Below are positions 25,344 to 34,856 of a DNA stretch of 43,157 nucleotides, in pieces. The notes below the pieces were generated by a model. It did no database searches, was not told the origin of the DNA, and was given only the letters and a program-made list of their open reading frames with translations. The first letter of the stretch is position 1. Each line of letters starts with the position of its first letter. Position numbers and translations under genes: made by a program. This DNA comes from an uncultured Gammaproteobacteria bacterium (GTDB taxonomy: Bacteria > Patescibacteriota > Microgenomatia > UBA12405): NCBI GenBank assembly GCA_964448065.1, contig CAYUUU010000001.1, positions 1-43,157 on the forward strand, written 5' to 3'.

Positions 25344-27362
25344 ATGGCAGAAAAAATATCAAACACAAAAAAAATTGATATAACTTATAAAGAATTTGAT
25401 TTAAATACATTTGATAAAGATGGTTATAATAAAAATGGATTTGATAAAGATGGTTATAATAAAAATGGATTTAATAAATTTGGTTTTAATAAAGAAACCC
25501 ATACATATTTTGATAAAAATGATTTTGATATGGGTGGAACAAACAGAAATACTAATACAAAATTTGGCTTAAATGGTTATGATATAGATGGTTATGATAT
25601 AGATGGTTATGATAGATACGGTTATAATAAATATGGATTCGATAGAAAAGGTTTTGATAAATTGGGGTTTAATAAAAATAGTATTAATAGGGATACTGGT
25701 AAAGAATTTGATTCAAAAGGATTTAATAAAGATGGTTATAATAAAAATGGTTACAATGTATATGGATTCGATAGATACGGTTACAATGCATATGGATTCG
25801 ACAGACATGGTTACAATAAGTATGGCATTAATAGAAAAGGTTTCGACAGGAATGGTATTAATAAAAATACTAATACGAAATTTAATTTAAATGGTTTTGA
25901 TAAAAATGGGTATGATAAGGATGGTTATAATAGAAATGGATTTGATAAAGATGGTTATGATAGAAATGGTTATAGTAGAAATGGTTATAATAAGGATGGT
26001 TATAATAAACATGGCATTAATAGAAAAGGTTTCGACAGGAATGGTATTAATAGAGATACTAATACGAAATTTAATTTAAATGGTTTTGATAAAGATGGGT
26101 ATGATAAAGATGGTTATGATAAAGATGGTTATGATAGAAATAGATTCGATAAAGATGGTTTTCATAGAGATGGATTTAATAAGGAGGATTTTAATAAATA
26201 TGGCATTAACAGAAAAGGTTTCGATAAAAATGGATTTGATATATTTGGCCGCAACCGAGAGACATTAACAAAATTTGATTTAAATGGTTTTGATCAAAAA
26301 GGTTTTGATAAAAATGGTGTTAATAGAGATACTAGTACGAAATTTAATTTAAATGGTTTTGATAAAGATGGGTATGATAAGGATGGTTATAATAAACATG
26401 GCATTAATAGAAAAGGTTTCGACAGGAATGGTATTAATAGAGATACTAATACGAAATTTAATTTAAATGGTTTTGATAAAGATGGGTATGATGAAGATGG
26501 GTATGATAAAGATGGTTATGATAAAGAAGGATATAATCACAATGATTTCAATAGAGACAATATTCATCGATTAACCAAAACTGAATATGATATAAAAGGT
26601 TTTAATCTTTATGGAATAGATAAAGATGGGTTTAACAGAGATACTGGTGAGATAGATGAAAATATAATATTAGTTAGACAATATTTAGAATCAAAAAATA
26701 GTAAAATTAAATTTGCCAAACAGAATAATATTAATATTGATGATTTAAATAAAATTTTAAAAATTGCTATTAAAATTTATCCTGTAATTAAAAGTCAGTT
26801 GGATGAAAAATCAAAGAAAACTGGAGAAATATTTTTAAATACTAGAAGAGAAATAGTTAAGGAACTGATTAGTGGCCAAAAAAATGTAGATGATTATTTG
26901 GAAAACGGAGCAATTGTTAAATGGGATGAATTGATGAAAATTGATTCATTTGATGATAAAAAACAATTAGTTAATATTTTTACTAAATGGTGTTCAAATA
27001 ATCAACATATAGATATAAAAAAATATTTTAAAATATTTTTACCAAATGATGCTAGTTATAATATAAATGAGGTTATTCTACAATTTGTAGATATGATGAC
27101 AAGAGCTAAACATGATAATAGTCTAACTTCATTAATAAAAAATCTTTATACTCAAAAAAGAGAATTGGAAACTTACAAAAAAACCTTTGAAAGAAAAGAA
27201 TTTTTAGGTATGAGTCTAAATATAAATGGTAAAAGTATAATTATTAATGACGAAATAATTAATCAAGCTTTTGAAAAAGTTAAAAAACAAGATAATTATA
27301 TTTGTTTTAAAACAGTAAGTGAAAAAATAATGGAGATTGTAAAAGAAAATAAAAATGATTAG
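25344..27362 (+). CDS. repeat protein: about 435 aa of 5-residue G-[FY]-[DN]-[KR]-x repeats plus a roughly 235-aa non-repetitive C-terminal domain
   Basis: Read from the translation (NGFDKDGYDKDGYNRNGFDKDGYDRNGY...). No signal peptide or TM segment. I recognise no family. Confidence 0.7.
   Translation: MAEKISNTKKIDITYKEFDLNTFDKDGYNKNGFDKDGYNKNGFNKFGFNKETHTYFDKNDFDMGGTNRNTNTKFGLNGYDIDGYDIDGYDRYGYNKYGFDRKGFDKLGFNKNSINRDTGKEFDSKGFNKDGYNKNGYNVYGFDRYGYNAYGFDRHGYNKYGINRKGFDRNGINKNTNTKFNLNGFDKNGYDKDGYNRNGFDKDGYDRNGYSRNGYNKDGYNKHGINRKGFDRNGINRDTNTKFNLNGFDKDGYDKDGYDKDGYDRNRFDKDGFHRDGFNKEDFNKYGINRKGFDKNGFDIFGRNRETLTKFDLNGFDQKGFDKNGVNRDTSTKFNLNGFDKDGYDKDGYNKHGINRKGFDRNGINRDTNTKFNLNGFDKDGYDEDGYDKDGYDKEGYNHNDFNRDNIHRLTKTEYDIKGFNLYGIDKDGFNRDTGEIDENIILVRQYLESKNSKIKFAKQNNINIDDLNKILKIAIKIYPVIKSQLDEKSKKTGEIFLNTRREIVKELISGQKNVDDYLENGAIVKWDELMKIDSFDDKKQLVNIFTKWCSNNQHIDIKKYFKIFLPNDASYNINEVILQFVDMMTRAKHDNSLTSLIKNLYTQKRELETYKKTFERKEFLGMSLNINGKSIIINDEIINQAFEKVKKQDNYICFKTVSEKIMEIVKENKND
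25822..26520 (+). repeat. higher-order tandem DNA repeat (period 189-198 nt) inside the repeat-protein gene
   Basis: ATGGCATTAA[T/C]AGAAAAGGTTTCGA recurs at 25822, 26011, 26200 and 26398. The copies at 26011 and 26398 look identical for roughly 110 nt by eye. Confidence 0.85.
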
Positions 27363-28195
27363 ATTTCTGACTTGGCGATGTGAACAGTGTTGTAGAGAAG
27401 TGAGGTAATGGTCATAGGACCGACGCCACCGGGAACTGGAGTAATGAAACTGGAAATCGGAGCAACTTGGTCAAAATCAAAATCGCCAGAAACTTTATTA
27501 TTGGAATCAGTAGCAAAACCAACATCAATAATGATGGCATCTTTTTTAATATATTCACTGGTAAAAAATCTTGGTTTACCAATTGAAGAAACTAAAATAT
27601 CAGCTTGTTGGCAAATTTCTTTTAGATTTTTAGTGAAAGAATGACAAATAGTAGTAGTAGCATTTTTGGATAAAAATAAGGCTGATAAAGGAATGGCCAC
27701 TTCAGAACTACGACCAATAATTACCGCATTTTTGCCGCTTAAATCAAGCTTATATTCTTCTAATAATTTTAAAATTCCAAGAGCAGTAGCCGAAACAATT
27801 GGCTGAGATTTTTTTTGAAATAAAAGACCTAGGTTTAAAGGATTTAGACCATCAGCATCTTTTTGAGGATTGATAAGGGACAATACTTTTGGAGTATCAA
27901 TTTGAGAAGGAAGTGGAAGTTGAACCATTAAAGCAGTGACATTTTTATCTTTATTTAAACGATCGATTAAATTTAAAACATCATCAGTAGTGCTGTTTTG
28001 ATCCAAGTGATGAACTGTACCACCAATACCAATTAAAGAAGCTTGATTTTGCTTCATGGAAACATATTTTAAACTGGCAGGATCGTTACCAACAATAATA
28101 ATATCCAAAATTGGATGTAAATCTAATTTTTTTATTTCTTCTTTTAAGAAATTAGTTGTTTTTTGAGATAGAGTTTTGCCGTCTAAAATTATCAT
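27359..28195 (-). CDS. folD: bifunctional methylenetetrahydrofolate dehydrogenase/methenyl-THF cyclohydrolase
   Basis: IILDGK..., ASLKYVSMKQ, VQLPLP, GRSSEVAIPL, TPVPGGVGPMT. Confidence 0.9.
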   Translation of the reverse strand: MIILDGKTLSQKTTNFLKEEIKKLDLHPILDIIIVGNDPASLKYVSMKQNQASLIGIGGTVHHLDQNSTTDDVLNLIDRLNKDKNVTALMVQLPLPSQIDTPKVLSLINPQKDADGLNPLNLGLLFQKKSQPIVSATALGILKLLEEYKLDLSGKNAVIIGRSSEVAIPLSALFLSKNATTTICHSFTKNLKEICQQADILVSSIGKPRFFTSEYIKKDAIIIDVGFATDSNNKVSGDFDFDQVAPISSFITPVPGGVGPMTITSLLYNTVHIAKSEI

Positions 28196-28950
28196 GGTGT
28201 AGTTAAAATTTCGTAACCATTATTAGTAATTAAAATGGTGTGTTCGAATTGAGCTGAAAGAGAACCATCGACAGTGCGAACAGTCCAATTATCTTTTTGA
28301 TCAATAAAAACTTGAGGGTTTGAGGAAGAATTAATCATTGGTTCGATAGTAAAAATCATACCAGCTTTTAAAATAACTTTGTCTCTTTTGGTGTCAAAAT
28401 GAAAAACAAAAGGATCTTCATGAAATTTAAGACCAACTCCATGACCACCTAGTTCACGAACAACACTGTAACCTTTTGATTCAGCGTAAGGTTGAATTAT
28501 TTTACCAACACAATTGTTTAAAGATTTGCCTGGCTTTAAAGAATGAATAGATAAATCGAGAGCGGTTTTGGTAGTTTTAATTAAATCTTGAGCTAAAGGA
28601 CTAATTTTTCCGATTGGATAAGTGGCGGAAGTGTCACCATAATAACCATTTAAGATAGTAGTGATATCGAGATTAATAATATCCCCTTCTTTTAAAATTT
28701 CGGTTGGTGAAGGAATGCCGTGACAAACAACATTATTAATTGAAGTACAGATACTTTTGGGAAAACCACCATAATTAAGTGGAGCTGGAATAGCTTTGTG
28801 TTCAATAATATATTTATGGGCAATAGTATTTAAATCTTGGGTGGAAATTCCTGGTTTTAAAAACTTGGATAAATAGACCAAAGTAGCAGCGGCCAATTTT
28901 GACGATTTACGAATACCTTCGATTTGTTTGGCATTTTTTATAATAATCAC
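28192..28950 (-). CDS. map: type I methionine aminopeptidase
   Basis: VCHGIP, DITTILNGYYGD, GHGVG, FTIEP, QFEHTILIT. ATGA overlap with folD. Confidence 0.9.
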   Translation of the reverse strand: MIIIKNAKQIEGIRKSSKLAAATLVYLSKFLKPGISTQDLNTIAHKYIIEHKAIPAPLNYGGFPKSICTSINNVVCHGIPSPTEILKEGDIINLDITTILNGYYGDTSATYPIGKISPLAQDLIKTTKTALDLSIHSLKPGKSLNNCVGKIIQPYAESKGYSVVRELGGHGVGLKFHEDPFVFHFDTKRDKVILKAGMIFTIEPMINSSSNPQVFIDQKDNWTVRTVDGSLSAQFEHTILITNNGYEILTTP

Positions 28951-28994
28951 TCGTTAATTATACCCCAAGCTACAGAAAATGTTAAAATCTAGCC

Positions 28995-29738
28995 ATGGAA
29001 AACAGTTCTTGGCAAAAAGTAAGCAAATGGTACAACCAATCGGTTGGAGATGAAGGTCATTATTATCATCAACACGTGATAATGCCAAACTTGAAAAGAA
29101 TTTTAAATCTGAAAGATAATGAATCACTTTTAGATTTGGCCTGTGGTCAGGGTGTTTTGGAAAGAAATTTAAATAAAAATATTGAATATATAGGGGTTGA
29201 TTTGGCAAGTAATTTAATTAGACAAGCAATTGATAGAAAAAACAATCCAAAACATAAATTTTTATTGGCCGATGTAAGTAAAGATTTGCCAGTTACTAAA
29301 ACAAATTTTGATGCTGGAGCGATTGTGTTGGCATTACAAAATATCAAAAAACCATTTGGAGTAATTAAAAATTTTGCCAAACATTTAAAAAATGACGGTA
29401 AATTGGTTATAGTTTTGAACCATCCAATTTTTAGAATTCCTAAACATAGTAGTTGGGGTGAAAATGAAGGAAGACAATATCGTCGAATTGATGACTATAT
29501 GACTCCTCTAGAAATTCCAATTTTGGCTCATCCTGGGAAAAAAGAATCCGAAAATACCTGGTCATTTCATTATCCCCTGTCAGCTTATACCGAAATGTTG
29601 TTTAATAATGGATTTGTAATTGAAAAAATTGAAGAATGGATATCTGATAAAAAAAGTACTGGACCTAAGGCTAGAATTGAAGATAAGGCCAGAAAAGAAA
29701 TCCCTTTGTTTATGACGATTATTGCTAAAAAAAATTAG
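28995..29738 (+). CDS. class I SAM-dependent methyltransferase
   Basis: Motif I LLDLACGQGVL and post-I VDLA. Confidence 0.7.
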   Translation: MENSSWQKVSKWYNQSVGDEGHYYHQHVIMPNLKRILNLKDNESLLDLACGQGVLERNLNKNIEYIGVDLASNLIRQAIDRKNNPKHKFLLADVSKDLPVTKTNFDAGAIVLALQNIKKPFGVIKNFAKHLKNDGKLVIVLNHPIFRIPKHSSWGENEGRQYRRIDDYMTPLEIPILAHPGKKESENTWSFHYPLSAYTEMLFNNGFVIEKIEEWISDKKSTGPKARIEDKARKEIPLFMTIIAKKN

Positions 29739-30061
29739 TATTTTAACATCCAGCTATTGATGGCTTTTTCAGGGTCAACTTTTACAACTTCCATAAAAAA
29801 TTTACTCCAATCTGGATCTTTGTAATCATTTTGGATAAGCAATTCTCTTTTTCTCTCAAAAAAACGATGATTACCATCATCGATATAAATTATGTCTTTT
29901 TTGGCAAAAACTTGAATAGGACCTTCCGTTTCTGAACTTTTAAAATCATCAATAATTATTGGAGAAAGCATAGACATAGGTAATTGCATATGACCATTGA
30001 AAGGTAATTTATTAAATAATTCTTTATAATCTGGAATTGGTTGATGCTCTTTGTTTTCCAT
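29735..30061 (-). CDS. small protein with a possible ParB/Srx-like fold
   Basis: PIQVFAKKDIIYIDDGNHRFFE resembles the ParB N-terminal DGhHR motif. I prefer the start at MENKEHQ (30061), directly after the upstream stop. Confidence 0.35.
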   Translation of the reverse strand: MENKEHQPIPDYKELFNKLPFNGHMQLPMSMLSPIIIDDFKSSETEGPIQVFAKKDIIYIDDGNHRFFERKRELLIQNDYKDPDWSKFFMEVVKVDPEKAINSWMLKY

Positions 30062-30062
30062 A

Positions 30063-30488
30063 TTAGTTTTCATTAACAAAAATTTGACAATGCCAGATTT
30101 CAGGAATTGATTTAGTTTGAGGAGAATTTTCAAACCAAAAATAAGGTTTATTTTTAAATTTATTTTTAATTAAAGATTCAATTTCGGTTTCCGAAAGCTT
30201 ACCTTTTTTACTCCAAAGACAATAATGGCCAATATTACCGAGATTTTTGGTTAGATGGTTATAGGGAAAAGCATTTCTGATTATTTTGACGTCATTTTTA
30301 CCAATAGTTTTAAAAATTATTTTATGACGAATTTCTTTGGGAAATAATTTTTGATAGTTTAAATAAAAAATTTGATCATCATGAAATCGAAGATTATCAC
30401 AACCACAAGTACCCAAATAGTTTTTGAGAGAAACAAGTTCTTGCCAATTTTTAGGGATTTTCGATTGGGGAATTTTGGGATTTTTCAT
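30063..30488 (-). CDS. hypothetical protein, possibly DUF3605/HIT-like
   Basis: NAFPYN...GHYCLWS...WFENSPQTKSIPEIWHCQIF resembles my memory of DUF3605. The start at MKNPKIP (30488) abuts the korB-like stop. Confidence 0.35.
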   Translation of the reverse strand: MKNPKIPQSKIPKNWQELVSLKNYLGTCGCDNLRFHDDQIFYLNYQKLFPKEIRHKIIFKTIGKNDVKIIRNAFPYNHLTKNLGNIGHYCLWSKKGKLSETEIESLIKNKFKNKPYFWFENSPQTKSIPEIWHCQIFVNEN

Positions 30489-30489
30489 A

Positions 30490-31113
30490 TTAACCGACAA
30501 CTAATTGTTTGCCAAAAGCAACACAAGTTTGAGTGGTTTCAACCAAAGAAAAACCTTCAAATTCAATTGCTTCTTTGGCAATTTTATTTAAAGAAACAAT
30601 ATCTTTGGCATCAACCGATTTGGCATAAACATTAGGGTTGATACTTTTAATTAATTCAATAGCATTAATGGCTTCGTTGTTGTTGCCTAAGGGAGTTGAT
30701 TTAGTATGAGAACCCTTGGGAGTGGTAGGACTGGTTTGACCGGTGGTTAAACTGTAAAGAAAATTATTGGAAACAAAAACCGTAATATTGATATTAGCTC
30801 TGACGGCAGCAATAAGATGATTTAACCCTTCACCATAAGTACCACCGTCACCACCAACAACAATGACATTTAATTTAGGATTAACCATTTTAATTCCCAT
30901 GGCAGTAGCTATAGCTCGACCATGAAGACCATGAATGGCATAAGTTTTTAAAAAGTCAGCCATATTGCCAGCACAACCAATATCATAACTAACAACTAGA
31001 TTTGAAGGTGAGATTTTAAGAGCGTTAAAAGCAGTTTGAAGGGCACTAAAAACTAAAAAATTATGACATCCAGGACACCAGGTTGGAGCAATTGTGGAAC
31101 GGTAATTAATCAT
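30490..31113 (-). CDS. 2-oxoacid:ferredoxin oxidoreductase beta (TPP-binding) subunit
   Basis: WCPGCHNF and the TPP motif VVGGDGGTYGEGLNHL. Substrate (pyruvate or 2-oxoglutarate) not determinable. Confidence 0.85.
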   Translation of the reverse strand: MINYRSTIAPTWCPGCHNFLVFSALQTAFNALKISPSNLVVSYDIGCAGNMADFLKTYAIHGLHGRAIATAMGIKMVNPKLNVIVVGGDGGTYGEGLNHLIAAVRANINITVFVSNNFLYSLTTGQTSPTTPKGSHTKSTPLGNNNEAINAIELIKSINPNVYAKSVDAKDIVSLNKIAKEAIEFEGFSLVETTQTCVAFGKQLVVG

Positions 31114-31134
31114 ATAATTTTTAATTCAAAATTT

Positions 31135-32820
31135 TTAATTTTTAATGTCTAAAATTTTAACAATTTCTTCAGTAAAGAAAGGACGACCATCATTTTTATT
31201 AATAATTTGAGTTGGATTGAAATCAAATTGAGATTTTAATAAGGTAACTAATTGGTTGGTTCCATTATTTTCAATAACAATAATTTCTTTAAAATTATTA
31301 ATTAATTTTTGTAAATCTGGATTGATTGGCCAAAGAGTTTTTAATTGCAAAAAAGCATAATCCTCTTTGTTTTTAATCATAGAAAGAGCTTGTAAAATTG
31401 CTCCTTTGGGAGAACCCCAACTAACAATAAGTTTTTTGGCTTTTTCGGTGGCAAAGAAATTGGCTTTTGGAGCTAATTTAATGGCTAATTTGGTTTTAGC
31501 CATTCTTTTTTCAAACATTTTTTTAGAAACTATTTCATCTTCGGTAGCAAAACCAAATTCGTCATGTTCATAACTGTTGGCTAAAAATTCACCGTTTGGA
31601 GTACCAGGAATAGTTAGAGGAGAAATGCCATTTTTAGTAAATTCATAACGTTTAAAATCTGAGGTAGGGTTAGCTTCAATATTGCCTTTTTCTATTTTTA
31701 CCTTTGAATCTGGTAAATAAGTAGTGCTAGCTCCAGATTCACCAATCATTTTATCGCTGACGACAATAATTGGAGTTTGAAGTTGAGCGGCTAGGTTAAG
31801 AGAAGAAACACCCATTTCAAAAGATTCTTGAGCATCGCCTGGAGCTAAGACAACTTTAGGAAATTCACCATGACCAGAATAAATAGCATGCATTAAATCG
31901 CCTTGAGATGTCCAAGTTGGTAAACCAGTAGCAGGACCAGGTCGAGAAACTAAATAATAAACCATTCCAATTTCGGCAACACCACAAAAACTAACAGCTT
32001 CGTTCATTAGGGCAAAACCACCACCAGAAGTGCCAGTAGCAGCTCGAGCCCCAGCAAAGGCAGCTCCGGCAGCCATGTTAGCAGCCGCAATTTCATCTTC
32101 TGGATGAACTACGGTTAAATTATATTCGGCTTGTTTGGCAGCTAAAAAATGAAGAGTGCCAGTAGCTGGAGTCATAGGATAAGCAGCATAAAAATTACCA
32201 CCACCTTTGATAAATCCCCAACCAAAAGCTTCATTACCATCATAAAAACCTAGTTTAGTTTTCTTTTTAGGAAAATTTATTTTTAATTTTAAATTAGAAA
32301 AATTTTGAGAGGCGTACTGATAGGCTAAATCAAAGGCGGTAGTATTTAAATCACCGTATTTTCCATAAACTTGGCAAATTAATTTTTTGGCTAAATTTAT
32401 ATCAAGATTATAAATATAAACGGCCACACCAAGACAAAAAGTATTAATAACTAAACGACTGCCAGCTTGAGTGGCAAGATCGGTTAGAGGAAGTTTAATA
32501 AATTTAAAATTAACATTTTTTGGATCTTCTTCGTCGGAAAAAACTAAAGTGTTTTTAGTAAATTCTTTGACATGTTGTTGCCAATGACCAGGATAGACTG
32601 AAAAAAATAAATCTACTTTGGAAAAAATAAAATAAATAGGGTCGGAAGAAAATGAAATTTGATAAGTGTTGTGTCCCCCTCTGACTAAGGAGGGATATTC
32701 GCTGTAATCTAATAAATTAAAAGATGAATTAATTAAAAGTTTGGAAAAAATTTGTCCACTAGATTTAATTCCAGAACCGGCTGGGCCAGCAATTTTAATA
32801 GTAGAAAAATTGGAATTCAT
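31135..32820 (-). CDS. 2-oxoacid:ferredoxin oxidoreductase alpha subunit with fused N-terminal gamma domain
   Basis: N-terminal IKIAGPAGSGIKSSGQ (gamma-type domain), then GNEAFGWG..., YPMTPAT, ...GGGFALM. Confidence 0.85.
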   Translation of the reverse strand: MNSNFSTIKIAGPAGSGIKSSGQIFSKLLINSSFNLLDYSEYPSLVRGGHNTYQISFSSDPIYFIFSKVDLFFSVYPGHWQQHVKEFTKNTLVFSDEEDPKNVNFKFIKLPLTDLATQAGSRLVINTFCLGVAVYIYNLDINLAKKLICQVYGKYGDLNTTAFDLAYQYASQNFSNLKLKINFPKKKTKLGFYDGNEAFGWGFIKGGGNFYAAYPMTPATGTLHFLAAKQAEYNLTVVHPEDEIAAANMAAGAAFAGARAATGTSGGGFALMNEAVSFCGVAEIGMVYYLVSRPGPATGLPTWTSQGDLMHAIYSGHGEFPKVVLAPGDAQESFEMGVSSLNLAAQLQTPIIVVSDKMIGESGASTTYLPDSKVKIEKGNIEANPTSDFKRYEFTKNGISPLTIPGTPNGEFLANSYEHDEFGFATEDEIVSKKMFEKRMAKTKLAIKLAPKANFFATEKAKKLIVSWGSPKGAILQALSMIKNKEDYAFLQLKTLWPINPDLQKLINNFKEIIVIENNGTNQLVTLLKSQFDFNPTQIINKNDGRPFFTEEIVKILDIKN

Positions 32821-32880
32821 CTTTATATTTTACTACAGAATAAACAACTTAATTAATAATTAATAATAAAAAACTAATTT

Positions 32881-34194
32881 TTGTGTAGACAAAGGCGAAA
32901 AAAACAGATATCTTTAATTGTGGTATTTAAAAAAATCAAAGGTTTTTTAAAAAAAATGGGACCAGGTTTTATTACTGGAGCAGCCGATGATGATCCATCT
33001 GGAATAGCGACATATTCTATTTCTGGAGCCAAATATGGCTATAAATTGAATTGGGTGATGTTGTTTTTATGGCCAGCCATGGTGTCGATACAGGAAATGT
33101 GTGGACGGGTAGGAATGATTAGTGGAAAAGGATTGGCAACTATTATTAAAAAATATTATTCCAAAAGATTATTAGTATTGGCAACTTCTTTGTTGGCAAT
33201 TGCCAACATTATTAACATTGGAGCTGATTTGGGAATAATGGCCGCTTCGATGCAAATGTTGTTTAATTTTAATTATTTTTATTGGTTGGCAATAATGGCT
33301 ATTTTTATAGTTTGGATGCAAATTGCTATTCCTTATAATAAATATATTAAATATCTGCAATGGTTGAGCTTAACCTTGGTAGTTTATTTAGTTACGGCTT
33401 TTTTGGTTAAACATGATTGGGCTACTTTGGCTTGGGACACTTTTATTCCTCAGATTGAGCTAAATTTAGATTTTTTAATGATAATTATTGGTTTGGCAGG
33501 AACAACTATTTCGCCTTATTTATTTTTTTGGCAAAGTGCTCAGGAAGTTGAGGAACAAATTGCCACTGGAGAAATTAAAGATTTTAATTGCCATCCAATA
33601 ACTACCAGAGGAGAAGTTAAAAGAATGCAATTTGATACTAAAGCGGGAATGTTTTTTTCCAATATTATCGCTTTGGCAATCATGTTAACAACCGCCGCAA
33701 CATTGAATAAAAATGGAATTTTATCAATAGAAACACCAATTCAGGCAGCTCAAGCCTTAAGACCCTTGGCGGGAAACTTGGCTTATATATTGTTTGCTGT
33801 GGGAATAATTGGAATTGGATGGCAATCAATTCCAGTTTTAGCTGGATCTTTGGCTTATGCTTTATCAGAATCTTTTGGTTTTAAAGAAGGATTGTCAAAA
33901 AAATTTAGCCAAGCCAAGTTTTTTTATATAATTATTGCAATAGCTACTGGAATTGGATTTTTAATAAATTTGTTGGGAATTAATGTGATGGAAGCTTTGT
34001 ATTATTCGGCGATAATAAATGGAATTGCATCGGTGCCATTGATTGCTATTATTATTAAGATTGCTGATAATGAAAAAATAGTTGGAAAATACAAAACTAA
34101 AAAAAGAAGTAGAAATATAACTTTAATAACTTTTCTGTTTATGACTATGGCAGTGTTGGTGTTGTTATGGCAAGTGTTGGTTAAATTATTTTAA
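32881..34194 (+). CDS. NRAMP/SLC11-related transporter with non-canonical metal-site residues
   Basis: GPGFITGAADDDPSGIATYS (TM1) and GLAGTTISPYLFFWQS (TM6 position). Start uncertain: TTG 32881, GTG 32920 or ATG 32956. Confidence 0.75.
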   Translation: MCRQRRKKQISLIVVFKKIKGFLKKMGPGFITGAADDDPSGIATYSISGAKYGYKLNWVMLFLWPAMVSIQEMCGRVGMISGKGLATIIKKYYSKRLLVLATSLLAIANIINIGADLGIMAASMQMLFNFNYFYWLAIMAIFIVWMQIAIPYNKYIKYLQWLSLTLVVYLVTAFLVKHDWATLAWDTFIPQIELNLDFLMIIIGLAGTTISPYLFFWQSAQEVEEQIATGEIKDFNCHPITTRGEVKRMQFDTKAGMFFSNIIALAIMLTTAATLNKNGILSIETPIQAAQALRPLAGNLAYILFAVGIIGIGWQSIPVLAGSLAYALSESFGFKEGLSKKFSQAKFFYIIIAIATGIGFLINLLGINVMEALYYSAIINGIASVPLIAIIIKIADNEKIVGKYKTKKRSRNITLITFLFMTMAVLVLLWQVLVKLF

Positions 34195-34271
34195 TTTACA
34201 AAAAAAAAGACCGTAGAATTTATAGACACATTACTGTGAATAAAAACTACGATCAGTTTTATCTGAAAATC

Positions 34272-34856
34272 TTATTTGAGTTGTTGGAACATGGCGGATA
34301 TTTTTTCCATCTTGTCAATGATTATGTATAAATGAAAATGTTCTGGGGTTGAATAATAGTAATTCCTTTTGTTATATCTCCTAACTGAATAAAGATTGTA
34401 TGGTTTAATCTTGACTAAAAACCTATTTAGAGTTGATTCGGAAATTTTAAGATGCTGACATAGGTTGATTTTGGTAACCACAGGGTTTTCGTTTAAAAAA
34501 TAGATGAATTCTTTAGTGTATTTGTTGTTTAACAATTCAAGATTTTTTTCCTTAAAATCAATTTCTGCTTTCACAGAGTAATAAAAGAATAATAAGACAT
34601 TTAAAGTGGCAAGAGAATATATTTTTCTTTTTTCCAAATCTTGAAAAATGTTTTTCGACGATAATCTACGAAGATAACTACGAGATTTTGACAACTCATT
34701 TAAAATTGGTGGGTCCACAACATAATTGTCTAGATTTGGAATGTCTTTGTTGATTATATAACCCCTTGTCATTGATACAATCATATCTAAAATTTCAATA
34801 TACTTATCTTCACTAATGTTGTCTTTAAACAAGTCAAAGATAGAATAATTTTCCAT
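34272..34856 (-). CDS. hypothetical protein with a C-terminal helix-turn-helix-like segment
   Basis: KINLCQHLKISESTLNRFLVK looks like an HTH. The gene is isolated between AT-rich spacers. Confidence 0.45.
   Translation of the reverse strand: MENYSIFDLFKDNISEDKYIEILDMIVSMTRGYIINKDIPNLDNYVVDPPILNELSKSRSYLRRLSSKNIFQDLEKRKIYSLATLNVLLFFYYSVKAEIDFKEKNLELLNNKYTKEFIYFLNENPVVTKINLCQHLKISESTLNRFLVKIKPYNLYSVRRYNKRNYYYSTPEHFHLYIIIDKMEKISAMFQQLK

Noticed and set aside
25603-26268. Three + strand ORFs (95, 62 and 62 aa; MV[ML]I[DK]...) inside the repeat-protein gene
   Set aside because: These are alternative-frame readings of the pentad repeat. Their 189-nt lengths simply mirror the DNA super-repeat period. 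The long frame with a non-repetitive C-terminal domain is the real one.
27359-27362. Convergent stop-codon overlap between the repeat-protein gene (TAG at 27360-27362) and folD (TAA on the minus strand at 27359-27361)
   Set aside because: It is real in the sequence, but it is an ordinary consequence of extreme gene packing. There is no hairpin or other signal to suggest regulation.
34272-34856. The HTH gene plus AT-rich flanks as a prophage or integrative-element remnant
   Set aside because: There is no integrase, no direct repeats at the flanks and no tRNA target. The evidence is limited to spacing and composition, so I keep it only as a low-interest note.
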